A stretch of 63,880 bases of DNA, filler included, from Basidiobolus ranarum (Eukaryota), in the NCBI GenBank assembly GCA_040143965.1. It is 55 parts of 55 records of this genome, joined end to end, with 100 filler letters (N's around TTAATTAATTAA, not from the genome) between each part and the next. Parts side by side here need not be neighbours in the genome. Positions count along the whole stretch, not along the records: positions 50,076 to 51,135 come from JASJQH010006625.1; positions 51,236 to 52,294 come from JASJQH010006626.1; positions 52,395 to 53,453 come from JASJQH010006627.1; positions 53,554 to 54,612 come from JASJQH010006628.1; positions 54,713 to 55,771 come from JASJQH010006629.1; positions 55,872 to 56,930 come from JASJQH010006630.1; positions 57,031 to 58,089 come from JASJQH010006631.1; positions 58,190 to 59,248 come from JASJQH010006632.1; 47 more parts are not named here. One strand, 5' to 3'. Position numbers and translations under genes: made by a program. Numbering within the stretch: the first letter of the stretch is position 1; each line of letters begins with the position of its first letter. This document shows positions 50,746-62,822 of the stretch, piece after piece. The notes under the pieces are model-generated. The model was not told the origin of the DNA. It saw only the letters and a list, made by a program, of their open reading frames with translations, and made no database searches.

Positions 50746-51135
50746 CCCTAACAAAAATAAAATTGATTTGATCCGGATAGGATCTACCCTCTGAAATAGC
50801 AAAACCATCAGAGCACTGACACAATATTGTTGGCTTGCACTGTGCCAGGGATTTTGATCATGTGAAGGTGGTTTCTTGACGGTATCTTAGTGGTCTTCAT
50901 ACATGTTAAAATAATGATCCTCAAATTTAGCATGCGTTATTCAATATCCAGCAATTTTTGCAAAAATATAACTTTCAAATGGCAAATTACTGGATTTACT
51001 GCTGTAGGAATTCAAATTAATATTCATGCCTTTATTTAGATATTTTAGGCTTTGTATTCAAGCCATAATGAGAATCAAAAAATACAAGAATCTTGTTGTG
51101 TTTAGTCTCTACATATGCACATATTTGACTGATTA
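50746..51135 (-). mobile_element. CACTA transposase-side terminus
   Basis: TA|CCCTAACAAAAATAAAATTG; continues into the reverse complement of ~5030-5210. Confidence 0.82.
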
Positions 51136-51236
51136 NNNNNNNNNNNNNNNNNNNNNNNNNNNNNNNNNNNNNNNNNNNNTTAATTAATTAANNNNNNNNN
51201 NNNNNNNNNNNNNNNNNNNNNNNNNNNNNNNNNNNT

Positions 51237-51800
51237 GCGGAAACTATTGAAGACATGGCATCAGACTACCTCGATCAGATTCGTAGTATCCAACCAAAAG
51301 GTCCCTACTACCTGCTAGGATGGTCATTCGGTGGCAGTGTTGCTCATAGCATTGCAATATTACTTCAGCAACAAAACGAAATAGTAGCACTTTTAGCTCT
51401 AATCGATAGTACTTTAAGCTATTCCCACCAATGTAATCAATTGAGTAGGTATGTAAAACTTCCACGCTACAGTGTTAATGATCATTCAGACTCGGGTGAA
51501 CAATTATGGAAAAAAGTCCGTGGTGTAGTTGAAAACAACTTCAAGGTGGCAAAGAAGCATTCTCCGAGGATTTATTATGGTAATGTGCTCTTCTTTAGAG
51601 CAACAGTGCCGGAAGAAGAAGACCAACTCCTTATTACTCCTGACATGCTAAAACCTTTCATTGTTGGAGTCATAGATACTCGACACATCCATTGCAAACA
51701 TAGTGATATGGATAAGCCTGCACCCATTGCTGATATTGGACGTACTCTGGCTAAGAGATTAGAACCAGAATCCTTGGCATACCTTAAATCTCGATATTAA
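51237..51800 (+). CDS. Terminal thioesterase domain of an NRPS (3' end of gene)
   Basis: IEDMASDYLDQIRSIQPKGPYYLLGWSFGG (GxSxG), LALID, terminal H..M motif. Confidence 0.9.
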   Translation, partial: AETIEDMASDYLDQIRSIQPKGPYYLLGWSFGGSVAHSIAILLQQQNEIVALLALIDSTLSYSHQCNQLSRYVKLPRYSVNDHSDSGEQLWKKVRGVVENNFKVAKKHSPRIYYGNVLFFRATVPEEEDQLLITPDMLKPFIVGVIDTRHIHCKHSDMDKPAPIADIGRTLAKRLEPESLAYLKSRY

Positions 51801-52394
51801 CTAGATTCGCAATCATCAAAAATTATATATACTTTAATTAATGTGCTTCTAATAGCAGTGTATTTCGTAGCATCAAATTGATCATCCTGTGGAAAGTTAT
51901 AAGGAAAGTTATAATTGATCATCTTGTGGAAAGTTATAAACATAGTTACCGTATATCACGTCGCCATCTAGCCGTATTTCCCTACACTCCTTAAAAGTTA
52001 GGAATATCTCATTTTAATTCATTAATTGAGTTGGCGCGTGAGAGCTTATAACTGATGGATATATCATTTCTGGTATGCCTATCGGGATCCAGTTCCTTTA
52101 GTAGAATAAGAAGGTTTACTCGCAGCAAAATTGATCTACTGTCCTTGGAAGATAAATACTGAGAATCAGAAAAATATCCATACCGAGGTGAATCAAGGCC
52201 CAGTGCATCGCCTAACACAAACCGTGTATCCTGTTTACTAGTGTGAGCATCCTCCAGTTGAGATTTAAGATGACCCTTAGAAGGTGGCGAACAGNNNNNN
52301 NNNNNNNNNNNNNNNNNNNNNNNNNNNNNNNNNNNNNNTTAATTAATTAANNNNNNNNNNNNNNNNNNNNNNNNNNNNNNNNNNNNNNNNNNNN

Positions 52395-53370
52395 TTCAAT
52401 ATCTCTTCCCCAATTTGCATCTGAATATCCCATCAGATCAAAATTTGATCCAGAATATGCATATTTTAAGCACAGATCCACAGTACCTTTCAAATATCTG
52501 AAAATCCACTTAACTGCTATGATTTGATCATATCTATAATTTTGAAGATATTGGCACGTAACTCTCACAGAATGTGCAATATCTGGCCTTGTTCCAACCA
52601 TTATATACATCAAACTACCAACCATAGATTGGTAAGGAAATTTCTGGCTTTCATTTGAATCAAAGAACGGCTGATTTGAGCCATTTTTGGTCAGGTTAAG
52701 ATTTGTCTCCATTGGGGTAGATACTAGATTACATTCTTCCATTTTAAACTTCTGTAGTATATCTAGGATATACTTAGACTGGTGTAAAGTTATTGTTTTG
52801 GTAGCTCTATATATCATAACTTGGATTCCAAGATAGTACGTCAGTTCACCAAGATCAGTCATTTTGAAGTAGATAAGCTGGATTTGGTTTTCTCCAATGT
52901 CCTCAAGTCATTGGTTGCTATAATAAGGTCATCCACATATAAGGTTAATAAAACTAGGTTTGTCTTATCTGGCCTGAAGTAGATACTATAGTCAGCATTA
53001 CTCTTTTGGAATTTGAGTGTTTCTAAAAAAGCATCTATCTTGCTGTTCCAAGCTCTTGGAGATTGTTTTAAGCCAAAGAGTGTTTTCTGGAGTCTGGAAA
53101 CTTTTTTAGGGTTTTCTGGGTCCACAAATAGATCTGGCTGGTCCATATAGATCTCCTCAGCAAGCTCACCATTCAAAAAAGCTGTTTTAACTTCATTTTG
53201 AGGTATAATAAACTGATATTGAGCTGAAATTGCTAAAATCAATCTGATTGAATTAGACTTTGCTACAGGAGCAAAAGTTTTTGTGTAATTTATTCTGGTG
53301 TTTGGGAATAGCCTTTGGCCACTAGTCCTGCCTTGTACCTTTCTATATCACCATCTGAGTTGTATTTAAC
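52395..53370 (-). mobile_element. Copia reverse transcriptase
   Basis: TAFLNG, GLKQSPRAW, LYVDD, MTDLG, TRPDI, YSDANW. Confidence 0.94.
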
Positions 53371-53904
53371 ATCACGTATCCTTGAGTCGGCTGCCGAATT
53401 TACAGAAGGTGTCGCTTAGTTTTTGCCGAAATATTACTGAATATCAAGCAAAGNNNNNNNNNNNNNNNNNNNNNNNNNNNNNNNNNNNNNNNNNNNNTTA
53501 ATTAATTAANNNNNNNNNNNNNNNNNNNNNNNNNNNNNNNNNNNNNNNNNNNNTACGAATTAACCAATAAGAGCTTTAAATATAAGCTAGAGAAAACGAC
53601 CAACTACAACAAGGTTTTTGTTGTACCAGAGGATATACAAGTTTTGAAATAATGAAGTGCTTGACCATCTTGACCTAGATGTTTATTTACTTTAGAAGTT
53701 CACAAAATATCGAAACTGATCCAAATCGTTCAAGTTGGATTGTACATGAATTATTTTACCTAGTTACCAGAAAAAAAATCATAGTGTTAGTGGAAATTAG
53801 ATTATTTGACAAATTCGGGTGATTTAGAGCATAAACGCGTACTTCACGCTTATTTCAAAGTTAACCATTGATAATTCCTTCTACATTTATTTTATTTCTT
53901 TGAA

Positions 53905-54482
53905 ATGAGTGATTCCAGAAATCCAGTTGTGTTTTTTGATATCTCTATCGGTGGCCAGCCAGCAGGTCGCATGAAGATGGAATTGTTCAAAGATGTGGTT
54001 CGTAAAACTGCTGAGAATTTTCGGTAAAGTTTTATTGTTAGAATGTATTTACAGTGTTTATATGCTTATGTTCTCTTCTTTGAACTCTAGACAACTTTGT
54101 ACCGGGGAATACAGGTAATTTCACCACGATCTTCATAAATAGTTTTCAAGTGTTCATTTATACACTTTATTTAGAAAGAATGGAGTCCCTCAAGGATACA
54201 AAAACTGCTCCTTTCACAGGTATTAATAGGTGATATTATTGTCACGCCTAGTATTTCCACTAACAGATAACATAGAGTAATCAAGGATTTCATGGTTCAA
54301 GGTGGTGATTTCGTCAAAGTAATACAAAAAGACTATTCAGTACTTCTGCATATAGAAACACTCAGTTAACCTAGATTTTTACTTAGGGAGATGGAACTGG
54401 TATGATGAGTGTGTATGGGGATAACTTTGAAGATGAGAGCTTCACTTTGAAACATAGTGGACCAGGTCTCTTATAACTAACG
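53905..54482 (+). pseudogene. PPIH: Cyclophilin H-like PPIase, 5 exons (53905-54023, 54091-54114, 54175-54219, 54276-54318, 54387-54482), premature TAA at 54474
   Basis: Spliced translation [17 protein letters not shown]...[49 protein letters not shown]...GPGLL*; four GT-AG introns of 56-68 bp. Confidence 0.85.
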
Positions 54483-55871
54483 GTAATTGACTTTTAGAAA
54501 TATATAAGTTATACTGTCCTTTAGCTGAATTATGGATATTTATAGTGGCTTTTAATTTAAAGTTCTTATCTAGAGCCTTAATCAAAAGATCTAGTTCAAC
54601 TAGAGAGAAGGCNNNNNNNNNNNNNNNNNNNNNNNNNNNNNNNNNNNNNNNNNNNNTTAATTAATTAANNNNNNNNNNNNNNNNNNNNNNNNNNNNNNNN
54701 NNNNNNNNNNNNTTCTTCTTCGAAATCATGGAAAATGATCCTCCAGAGCTGTAAAATGGATAAGAAGTAACTCGTTCTAATAATCTTATCAAGAAGCACC
54801 TCACGAGGTTCAGGATTCATTTGGGTTCAGGATTCATTTGTTAAATTCTTTGTTTTGAATCATGATAAATATGATGGTTTAAGCTTGATTGCAGTCAGTA
54901 AATTTTCACATGTCGAATTAGTAAAACCTGCAGCTTTTCTATCAGAATATTGATATAATCATATTTACACCAGCATATTTACACCAGCAGAGGTTGTTTT
55001 ACCGGCTCTATTGCCACATTATTGTCCAGATGGAGAATTTATATATATAAAATTATGATAATTAACCTGATATTATTGTTACACTGTTCTTGATGTACGT
55101 GTCAACAATTCCGAACGAATTCACCCAATTGTTTCATCTAACTTGTTGTTTATTGTGCCAGTTTAAGTCGCTTGATACAAGGCAAATCCTGTTACCAACA
55201 CGCCACCTATCAAAAATAGCCAATGGTTGTATTGTATCGAATGCGATAGTTAGACATTTAGTATATCATAATATGACTCGTTCTTGCAATACTTGGTGTC
55301 AAATTAATGATGAATGCCAAAATATCTAAAAGAATACGTCACTACGGATGCATTTGTACCTGATAAAATTCCACTTCATAGCTTATATATACATAAACGT
55401 CTCTTCCCATAAGATACGTCTTTTACAGAAAGTGCCAGGACGTGGATCTCAGGGTGCCCAAGCCACCAAGAATGCGAAACAGCCAGATTGAGCACGTTCC
55501 AGCCTCGAGCGTGGTTAAATTGAATGTAATTCATTCAATGTTAGTCATAATATTCGCTAATCCGGTGGGGTAGTATTATCCTAAAAATCACTTTTATAAT
55601 GAGCTTCAATATCTGCTAACACTCGTGTGTACTCCGTTATTCTTGATCATTGGCTTAGCAGAGATATATTCAAGAGATTTATTATCTAATTCGGTTAATC
55701 GATGATAAAGAGCTTGGTACAAGTATTGCCTGTTGGAAAGGGGTATGGTTGGGCTATTGGTAAGCTCTAAGNNNNNNNNNNNNNNNNNNNNNNNNNNNNN
55801 NNNNNNNNNNNNNNNTTAATTAATTAANNNNNNNNNNNNNNNNNNNNNNNNNNNNNNNNNNNNNNNNNNNN

Positions 55872-56930
55872 GGCCTATAATCTCCAAGCATTGTGAAAGA
55901 TGCAGCAGGGAATGTATTGAATACCGGCATAGATTCAGTCTATCTTCTTTAAACCTGTAATAAAGTTTTTCATATCCAATTAAAAAAATATTTGCACAGT
56001 TCCTGTATCTGCCTGAGATCTGCCAATGTGAGTTGATGCCATAAGAATATATTAACAACATTGACAAACAACTCCCAATGTTGCCAATACTTATCAGGCA
56101 GATATCTTTTCAAAAGTCCCCTTGAATATATACAAATCCAATACTTCCAGGCTTTGCATTTGAATAAATGCCTAGATGAGTGGATATTGATGAGAGTCCT
56201 GGTAAATTATGATGGTATCTTGATGTTTTCAAGCATTTTCCTAATTGATTGAAACTTTGATCCTATCTCAAATGGCTCATTCATATTGAATTTTCTACTA
56301 TATAGCTGAGTAAGTAGCATTGGAATGTTGTTGAATAGTAAGTGCATGGTGCCTAATGGGAAGCTCTGGCTCCAGCTGATCCCATTTAGCAATTGATCTT
56401 AGGCTTACTGCTAATACCAAGTTTGATGTTAGACTGACTATTTGGTGACTTGATATCAGTGATCATGTTGAAATCTGACCAAGCTCTTGATAGTAAAATC
56501 ATGAAGTTTAGTGTTGTATTTGGATAGTAGTAATGTGTATGCCTGTTAGAGTAAACTCCATTGATTTGACAAAATCTGCAGCAAGATAGTGCATTGTGCC
56601 TGTGAAAACCTCCAAGTTTACTGATGGCTGGAGTGTGACCAATAAACACAATGATATTAGCTTTAATAAAATATTCACCTGTCTGAACCCCATAAGATAA
56701 CCATTCAAATTCCACAATCAAAGGCTCCAAGAAGCTATCTATAAGCACTGGTGATTTAGATCCAGATATGATGGATGGTATCAAAATATTATGACTCTTA
56801 CATTGTTCAGAAGGTGGATGATTTAAGTTGATTAAAATTATTGGCCAGCAAGCCTTTCCAACGGTATATTTGTTTAGTGAGAAACCATCCAGAGCCAATG
56901 CAAATGCATGATCATACATGTTCTCAAAGA
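55872..56930 (-). mobile_element. CACTA transposase pseudogene
   Basis: Catalytic region through LCRYSIHSLLHL. Confidence 0.9.
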
Positions 56931-57030
56931 NNNNNNNNNNNNNNNNNNNNNNNNNNNNNNNNNNNNNNNNNNNNTTAATTAATTAANNNNNNNNNNNNNN
57001 NNNNNNNNNNNNNNNNNNNNNNNNNNNNNN

Positions 57031-57741
57031 GTATTTGGATAGTAGTAATGCATATGCCTGTTAGAGTAAACTCCATTGATTTGACAAAATCTACAGCAAG
57101 ATTGTGCATTGTGCCTGCAAATACCTCCAAGTTTACTAATGGCAGGAGTGTCACCAATACATACAATGATATTAGCTTTAATAAACTATTCACCCATCTG
57201 AACCCCATTAGATAACTGTTCAAATTCTGCAATCAAAAGCTCCAAGAAGTAATCTATAAGCACTGGTGATTTAGGTCCAGATATGATGGATAGTATCAAA
57301 ATATTAGACTCATCTATTGTTCAGAAGGAGGAAGATTTAAGTTAATTAAAATTATTGGCCAGCAAGCCTTTCCAATGGTATATTTGTTTAGTGAGAGACC
57401 ATCCAGAGCCAATGCAAATGCATGATCATATGTGTTCTCAAAGAAACCTTGACTTTCAGATTCTGGTAGTGATATCCATCAAGTATATTGTTAATACCAT
57501 CAGCTTTACAGTGAGTACTTTGGTATTAGATCAATGATCTATATTTGGGTGATTTCATCAAAGCTTTAATCCCACACCATACATATGAATGTCACCATGA
57601 CAATCTAGCAAAGCAGAATATGTGTCGGACCATTAAGCCTACACAACAACCCAAAATTGCTTGGGCACATGGAAGTAGAAATCTCATAGGAAAAGTGCAA
57701 ACCAAAAGACTCTGAATGTCAGAGCTGCCATCACTTGCTCT
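57031..57741. mobile_element. CACTA copy lacking its centre: transposase (-) joined at ~57570 to ORF2 (+)
   Basis: Orientation fits the divergent layout with both starts and the spacer deleted. Confidence 0.78.
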
Positions 57742-58089
57742 TATTGGGAAAATATGGGCTGTATGGAGGAACTTTAGAAAAGAGGAGTTGTGAATAGCTT
57801 TGTGACTTAATTATTTATTGACCAGAAATTAAGCTTTTATACATTTTGGTGGAAATACAGAAAACTAACACTGGGGTTGTGTTCAGAACATCTGTGGTAG
57901 TAAAATGAGCTATCTTTGGGGCAATTTGGACGAGTTTGAAATTTCCAATATGGAAGTGCTAATTCTCACATAATTCACATATATATAAAATATATGTTCT
58001 GATTTGCAGCTAGGTGATATTTGACTAAATAATGTTGACTAACTAATATGTGATATATGAAATAGTTAGGTGTATAAAGATAGGGATAA
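57742..58089 (-). mobile_element. Copia LTR-B, nearly complete, inserted in ORF2
   Basis: Starts TATTGGG exactly where ORF2 homology stops. Confidence 0.85.
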
Positions 58090-58189
58090 NNNNNNNNNNN
58101 NNNNNNNNNNNNNNNNNNNNNNNNNNNNNNNNNTTAATTAATTAANNNNNNNNNNNNNNNNNNNNNNNNNNNNNNNNNNNNNNNNNNNN

Positions 58190-58250
58190 GAATAACTAAA
58201 TACTGAGCTATATATGACTATATAGGTGCTTAGTCATGCTAATTTCAACA
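58190..58250 (-). mobile_element. Copia LTR-A 5' end
   Basis: ...ATGCTAATTTCAACA. Confidence 0.75.
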
Positions 58251-58457
58251 TATATAAGCTACTCAAGAATCTTGAGTTTTAGAAATAAATATCCCAATGC
58301 CATGCTTAGCGAAAGTCGAAATTACTGCCAAGTTCTAGAGTTATATCAGATATAGTGAGAAAATAATTCCAAACCTACCAAAATTCCGTATGTTTTCCCT
58401 AACTTCCATAAACACTTAAATATCATGTATAAAATATTCAACACTCATGCTGGAAAC

Positions 58458-58805
58458 TGTTAAAGTATTTTGGGAGCCTGTTGGAAGTGGTTTGGAGAAT
58501 TAGAGAAATTGGTGGTTTTCACTTATTGATTTATTGAGTAGAGAGTTGACATTTATAGTTTTGTCAAGATGTAAGCAAACTAACGTGTAGAATGTGTTAG
58601 AGAAGGTCCCAGGAGTATGTGTGCAAGGTGTGGGTCTTCTAGCACAAGTTTGAAAATATATATGTCTGAGAACTTCTAAGTTGGTGTCAATATTCTAAGT
58701 AAATTCCTCATGAGAATAATGGGAAATATCTTAGTTCAATATAGGATAACTAAATACCGAGCTATATATGACTATATAGGTGTTTAGGCAATGCTAATTT
58801 CAACA
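58458..58805 (-). repeat. Solo LTR-A (348 bp) with near-perfect 5-bp TSD
   Basis: Flanks GAAAC and TAAAC; no PBS or PPT adjacent. Confidence 0.85.
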
Positions 58806-59348
58806 TAAACATCTTGGATTTGTAACCGGACTAAAGCTATCCCCAACTCACCACTTAATCCTTCAGTACTTTGGCAAGACAATTCGGTGATAGTTTTGTC
58901 ACATTGTTAACAAATGTAAAAATTCTTATTAATTCAATACACGCAAACCACATTTGTTTGTTAGTTAATCAAAGTATTGTCAATTTATCCAAAGTACTCA
59001 CGATACCTTGGACTAGTGCCTTTATATTTATGAAAGAATACCATTCTTGCAGTGTTGAATTCTAAGAGTTCATAGTTACATTTCAAGTATATCCATTGTT
59101 CAAAAATGAGTCTTATGATTCTTACGACTACCGGTAACAAGTTGTTCGATCTCAGAAATTTCCTGAATGATAAAGTAGATTACAAGTAGGAGATATCAGA
59201 AAATTTCATTGTTGTCTCCACCTAGAAAAGTTATCCTGATTTCAACTTNNNNNNNNNNNNNNNNNNNNNNNNNNNNNNNNNNNNNNNNNNNNTTAATTAA
59301 TTAANNNNNNNNNNNNNNNNNNNNNNNNNNNNNNNNNNNNNNNNNNNN

Positions 59349-60406
59349 TCATCCCATTTGCTTGTGGATGATAAGCTGTGGTGTGTGCAATATGTATGCA
59401 ATACTTCAAGCAGAGGTCCTGGATCAGCTGTGACATCATCTCTCCTTGGTCAGCAGTGAGTTGTCCTATAGTTCCGTATTGGCAAATAATATTTTCAAAG
59501 ATGAACTTCCAATCTGTTTCTGCTTTGTTGTAGGTGGAGCTCTGGCTTCCACCCAACCACTAAGGTCATCTCTGGCAACAACAAGATATTTTTTGTTGCC
59601 AGCTGTGGGCATATGAACAAGATCAATTCCCACCTTCTGCCATAGTGTTGGTACATAGGTGGGATAAAGTGGTTCCTCATATCTTTTGGTTGATCTCCTT
59701 TGGCATGCATCACATGTCTCCACATATGATTTGATATCCTGATATTGATTGGTCCAATAGTATCTTAGTGTTGAGTTCTTGAAAGTAGCCTCTCTGCCAC
59801 AATGTCCTCCTGGCTCTCCTTCATGGATCTCTTTAATGATCCTCTGCTTTTCTTTAGAATCAAAGATGACTCTTCTTGGTACTTGTCCTGCCTTAACCCG
59901 CTTGAAAAGTAGTCCATCCCTTACAAGAAAGTGATGGGCTTTCCTCCTGAGATTTCTGAATTGCTGGGGATCTAAGGTGTAGGGTCTCTGTAATGTAGTC
60001 AAATAATGGATAATATCTCTCCATTCTTCAGGTATAGGGGTACTGATAGAAACTTGGTGTATGTTGGTATCAAGGGAGTCTTCAAAGTTGTCATCAAAGT
60101 GTATTTCACCAGGTCTTGGTCCCATTCTTGATAGTCCATCTGCAACAACATTTGTTTTTCCTGGTATGTGTACTACCTCAAAGTCAAACATCTTGGCCAA
60201 GCCATCCACCGGTTGGTAGCATCATCTGGTAGGTCTAGTTTGTTGATCATCCCGATAATTGGTCTTGCATCTGTTTCAAGTATGAAGTGATTGAAATAGA
60301 GTTGGGCCTTTAGTTTCTTGATCATCTTTACAGCTCCAAGTAGTTCTCTCTTGATCTGGGAATATCTCTGCTCCCTAGGGTTGAATAAGCAGCTTTCATA
60401 TCTGCA
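59349..60406 (-). mobile_element. Gypsy RNase H and integrase
   Basis: HIPGKTNVVADGLSR, H..GH..YYW..CDAC, GIDLVHM, AYHPQANG; RNase H before integrase. Confidence 0.92.
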
Positions 60407-61239
60407 NNNNNNNNNNNNNNNNNNNNNNNNNNNNNNNNNNNNNNNNNNNNTTAATTAATTAANNNNNNNNNNNNNNNNNNNNNNNNNNNNNNNNNNNNNN
60501 NNNNNNGATATTTCATAAAATCAATGGGACGATCGCAAAAAATTGGAGATAAGCTCAGACACCTGGCAAAAGAAACTTACTCTGTATCAAATGTTTAGTG
60601 TTGCGATTACAACACAGGATTATTTGCTTTTTTCGTTGGTCGATTGCTGCTAGCTGACGAGATACCCTTTCTTTTATACCCGGTGGTGGAGAGAGGTTCC
60701 TTCAATCTGCAAAAACGTACACTATAAGTTAGCACATATGCAAGATGCCAATGAATTCAGCTACTGGGAAACGTTGGTGCTAGTGCTCTGCTTGATTCTT
60801 GCACAAATATATCAGTCATCGTCTACAACAATGAAGAACGTAAATGTATTCTTGGTACTATTTTGTATCTTATTTCCAATATGCGAGCCAAGGGCATAAA
60901 GATCTATCGATTATTCATCATCTTCAATAGTATTCAGAAACCAGGATGAATGTCTCAGTTTGCAAGTGTCTCCATTAGTTAATGGAAATTCGTAATCAAA
61001 TGCTAGATGAATAGTTAAGCAAATTTGGGTATTTGGCTACCGATCACATTTGAATTCCGATTGGCTAGTCTCAGCTCCCTGGTGAAAAGCAGGAAGAATA
61101 CACCATATATAGAAGATTTAAGCGATTTATAGTTATGACAAATTTATCCATGAAAAGTAGTATATTAATGGTGGGTACAATGGGGTTAGATCATCAGTTT
61201 CATTCATTTAACATTATCATTCTTGTATAGTTGACAAAA

Positions 61240-61564
61240 ATGGCTACTCGACATATCACAAAGGCCGTTTTATCTATTGCGAAAGCGGAAGGTGTAGGCG
61301 CGACTGTACGTAGAAGCATAGGAACCAGCGCACTACGAAACTTTGATCCCTTTTTAATGCTCGACGAGTTCATGGTCGAACCACCTGCTGGCTTCCCAGA
61401 CCATCCACATCGTGGCTTCGAAACTGTGACTTACATGCTAGATGGAATTATCACTCACGAAGATTTTGTAGGTCATAAAGGCGAGATTGGCCCCGGTGAC
61501 CTCCAATGGATGACTGCTGGTCGCGGGATTGTTCATGCCGAAATGCCCAAAACCAAATGTCATG
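61240..61564 (+). CDS. Pirin (cupin), N-terminal part
   Basis: EGVGATVRRSIG, DPFLMLDEF, GFPDHPHRGFETVTY, QWMTAGRGIVHAE. Confidence 0.96.
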
Positions 61565-61664
61565 NNNNNNNNNNNNNNNNNNNNNNNNNNNNNNNNNNNN
61601 NNNNNNNNTTAATTAATTAANNNNNNNNNNNNNNNNNNNNNNNNNNNNNNNNNNNNNNNNNNNN

Positions 61665-62640
61665 TCCAGGGATATGGATTTCCACTGCTGTTCAGTAATT
61701 GGAAGAGGCTGTAGGAGGCCATAGGGCCAATGTCTTGGAGTCATCACTTGAGCACAAGTATCACAGGTCAAAATATAAGTCTTGACAAATGCAAACATTT
61801 TGGGCCACCAATATTCCCTGAATGCCAACATATACAAATGAGCAACACCAAAGTGTCCTGCTGGTGGTGAGTCATGTCTTTCCTGCATGATTTTGAGTCT
61901 GGAAGTGTGGTCTTCAATGCAAAGTTGCTTCCTATAAAACAAGATTTCATTGATGATAGAGAAATGGTGGTACAGGTTCAAGCTTGAGAGGTCTTTGGCT
62001 GCTTCCTGGGCTTTCTTGATTGATATTACCAATGGGTCTTTGGATTGAAATTTGCAAATATTTTCATGGAGTGTGTTTGATCTAGGCAGAGAAAGGGCAG
62101 TTGCACTAATTTGAAGTTGTTAGGGCTTCAGTAAGGAAGTATTTTGCTGGCCAAAGGGCTCATCCCCTTCTTTAGGCTAATATTCTGCTCTACGTGATAA
62201 GGCATCAGGCTTTCCTTGCTGGCTACCTGGTCAATATGTGATCACAAAGTCAAAACTGGCAAGAAATAATGACCATCTTGCTTGATGATGGTTGAGAACT
62301 TTGGTTGTACTAAAATACTGAAGATTCTTGTGAACACAATAAACTGTGATTTTATGATTTGCTCCATCCAAGTATTGTTGCCATTGTTCAAATGCAGGAA
62401 TAATTGCTAATAGTTCCTTGTCATAGTTGATTTCTGTGGCAGAGAACTTTCTTGAGTAAAAGGCAACAAGGTGTAGTAAGTTGTCATCATCAAGCTGTGA
62501 TAATACTGCTCCTAGAGCAAGGTTGGATGCATCAGTTTCAACAATAAATTACTTGTCTAGCGTGGAATGTTCCAGGATTGGTGCTGAGGTAAAAGCACCC
62601 TTTAAAGTTACAAATGCTTGTTGGCAAGATGGGTTCTGAT
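61665..62640 (-). mobile_element. Gypsy RNase H and integrase zinc-finger fragment
   Basis: ETDASN, AFYSRKF, KPDALSR, HDSPPAGHFG, CDTC, GLLQPLP. Confidence 0.9.
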
Positions 62641-62822
62641 GGACTGATGTTATATCCACGGAATTCAACTTGAGCTTGATCAAATTCACATTTGTCAAGT
62701 TTAGCATAGAGCCCAGAGGTTTNNNNNNNNNNNNNNNNNNNNNNNNNNNNNNNNNNNNNNNNNNNNTTAATTAATTAANNNNNNNNNNNNNNNNNNNNNN
62801 NNNNNNNNNNNNNNNNNNNNNN

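Noticed and set aside
47346-51800. Gene cluster of chitin-binding protein, SNF2 and NRPS
   Set aside because: They are on separate unlinked contigs.
51876-51940. Short direct duplication (others near 14843, 54808, 54960)
   Set aside because: Ordinary 14-27 bp slippage duplications.
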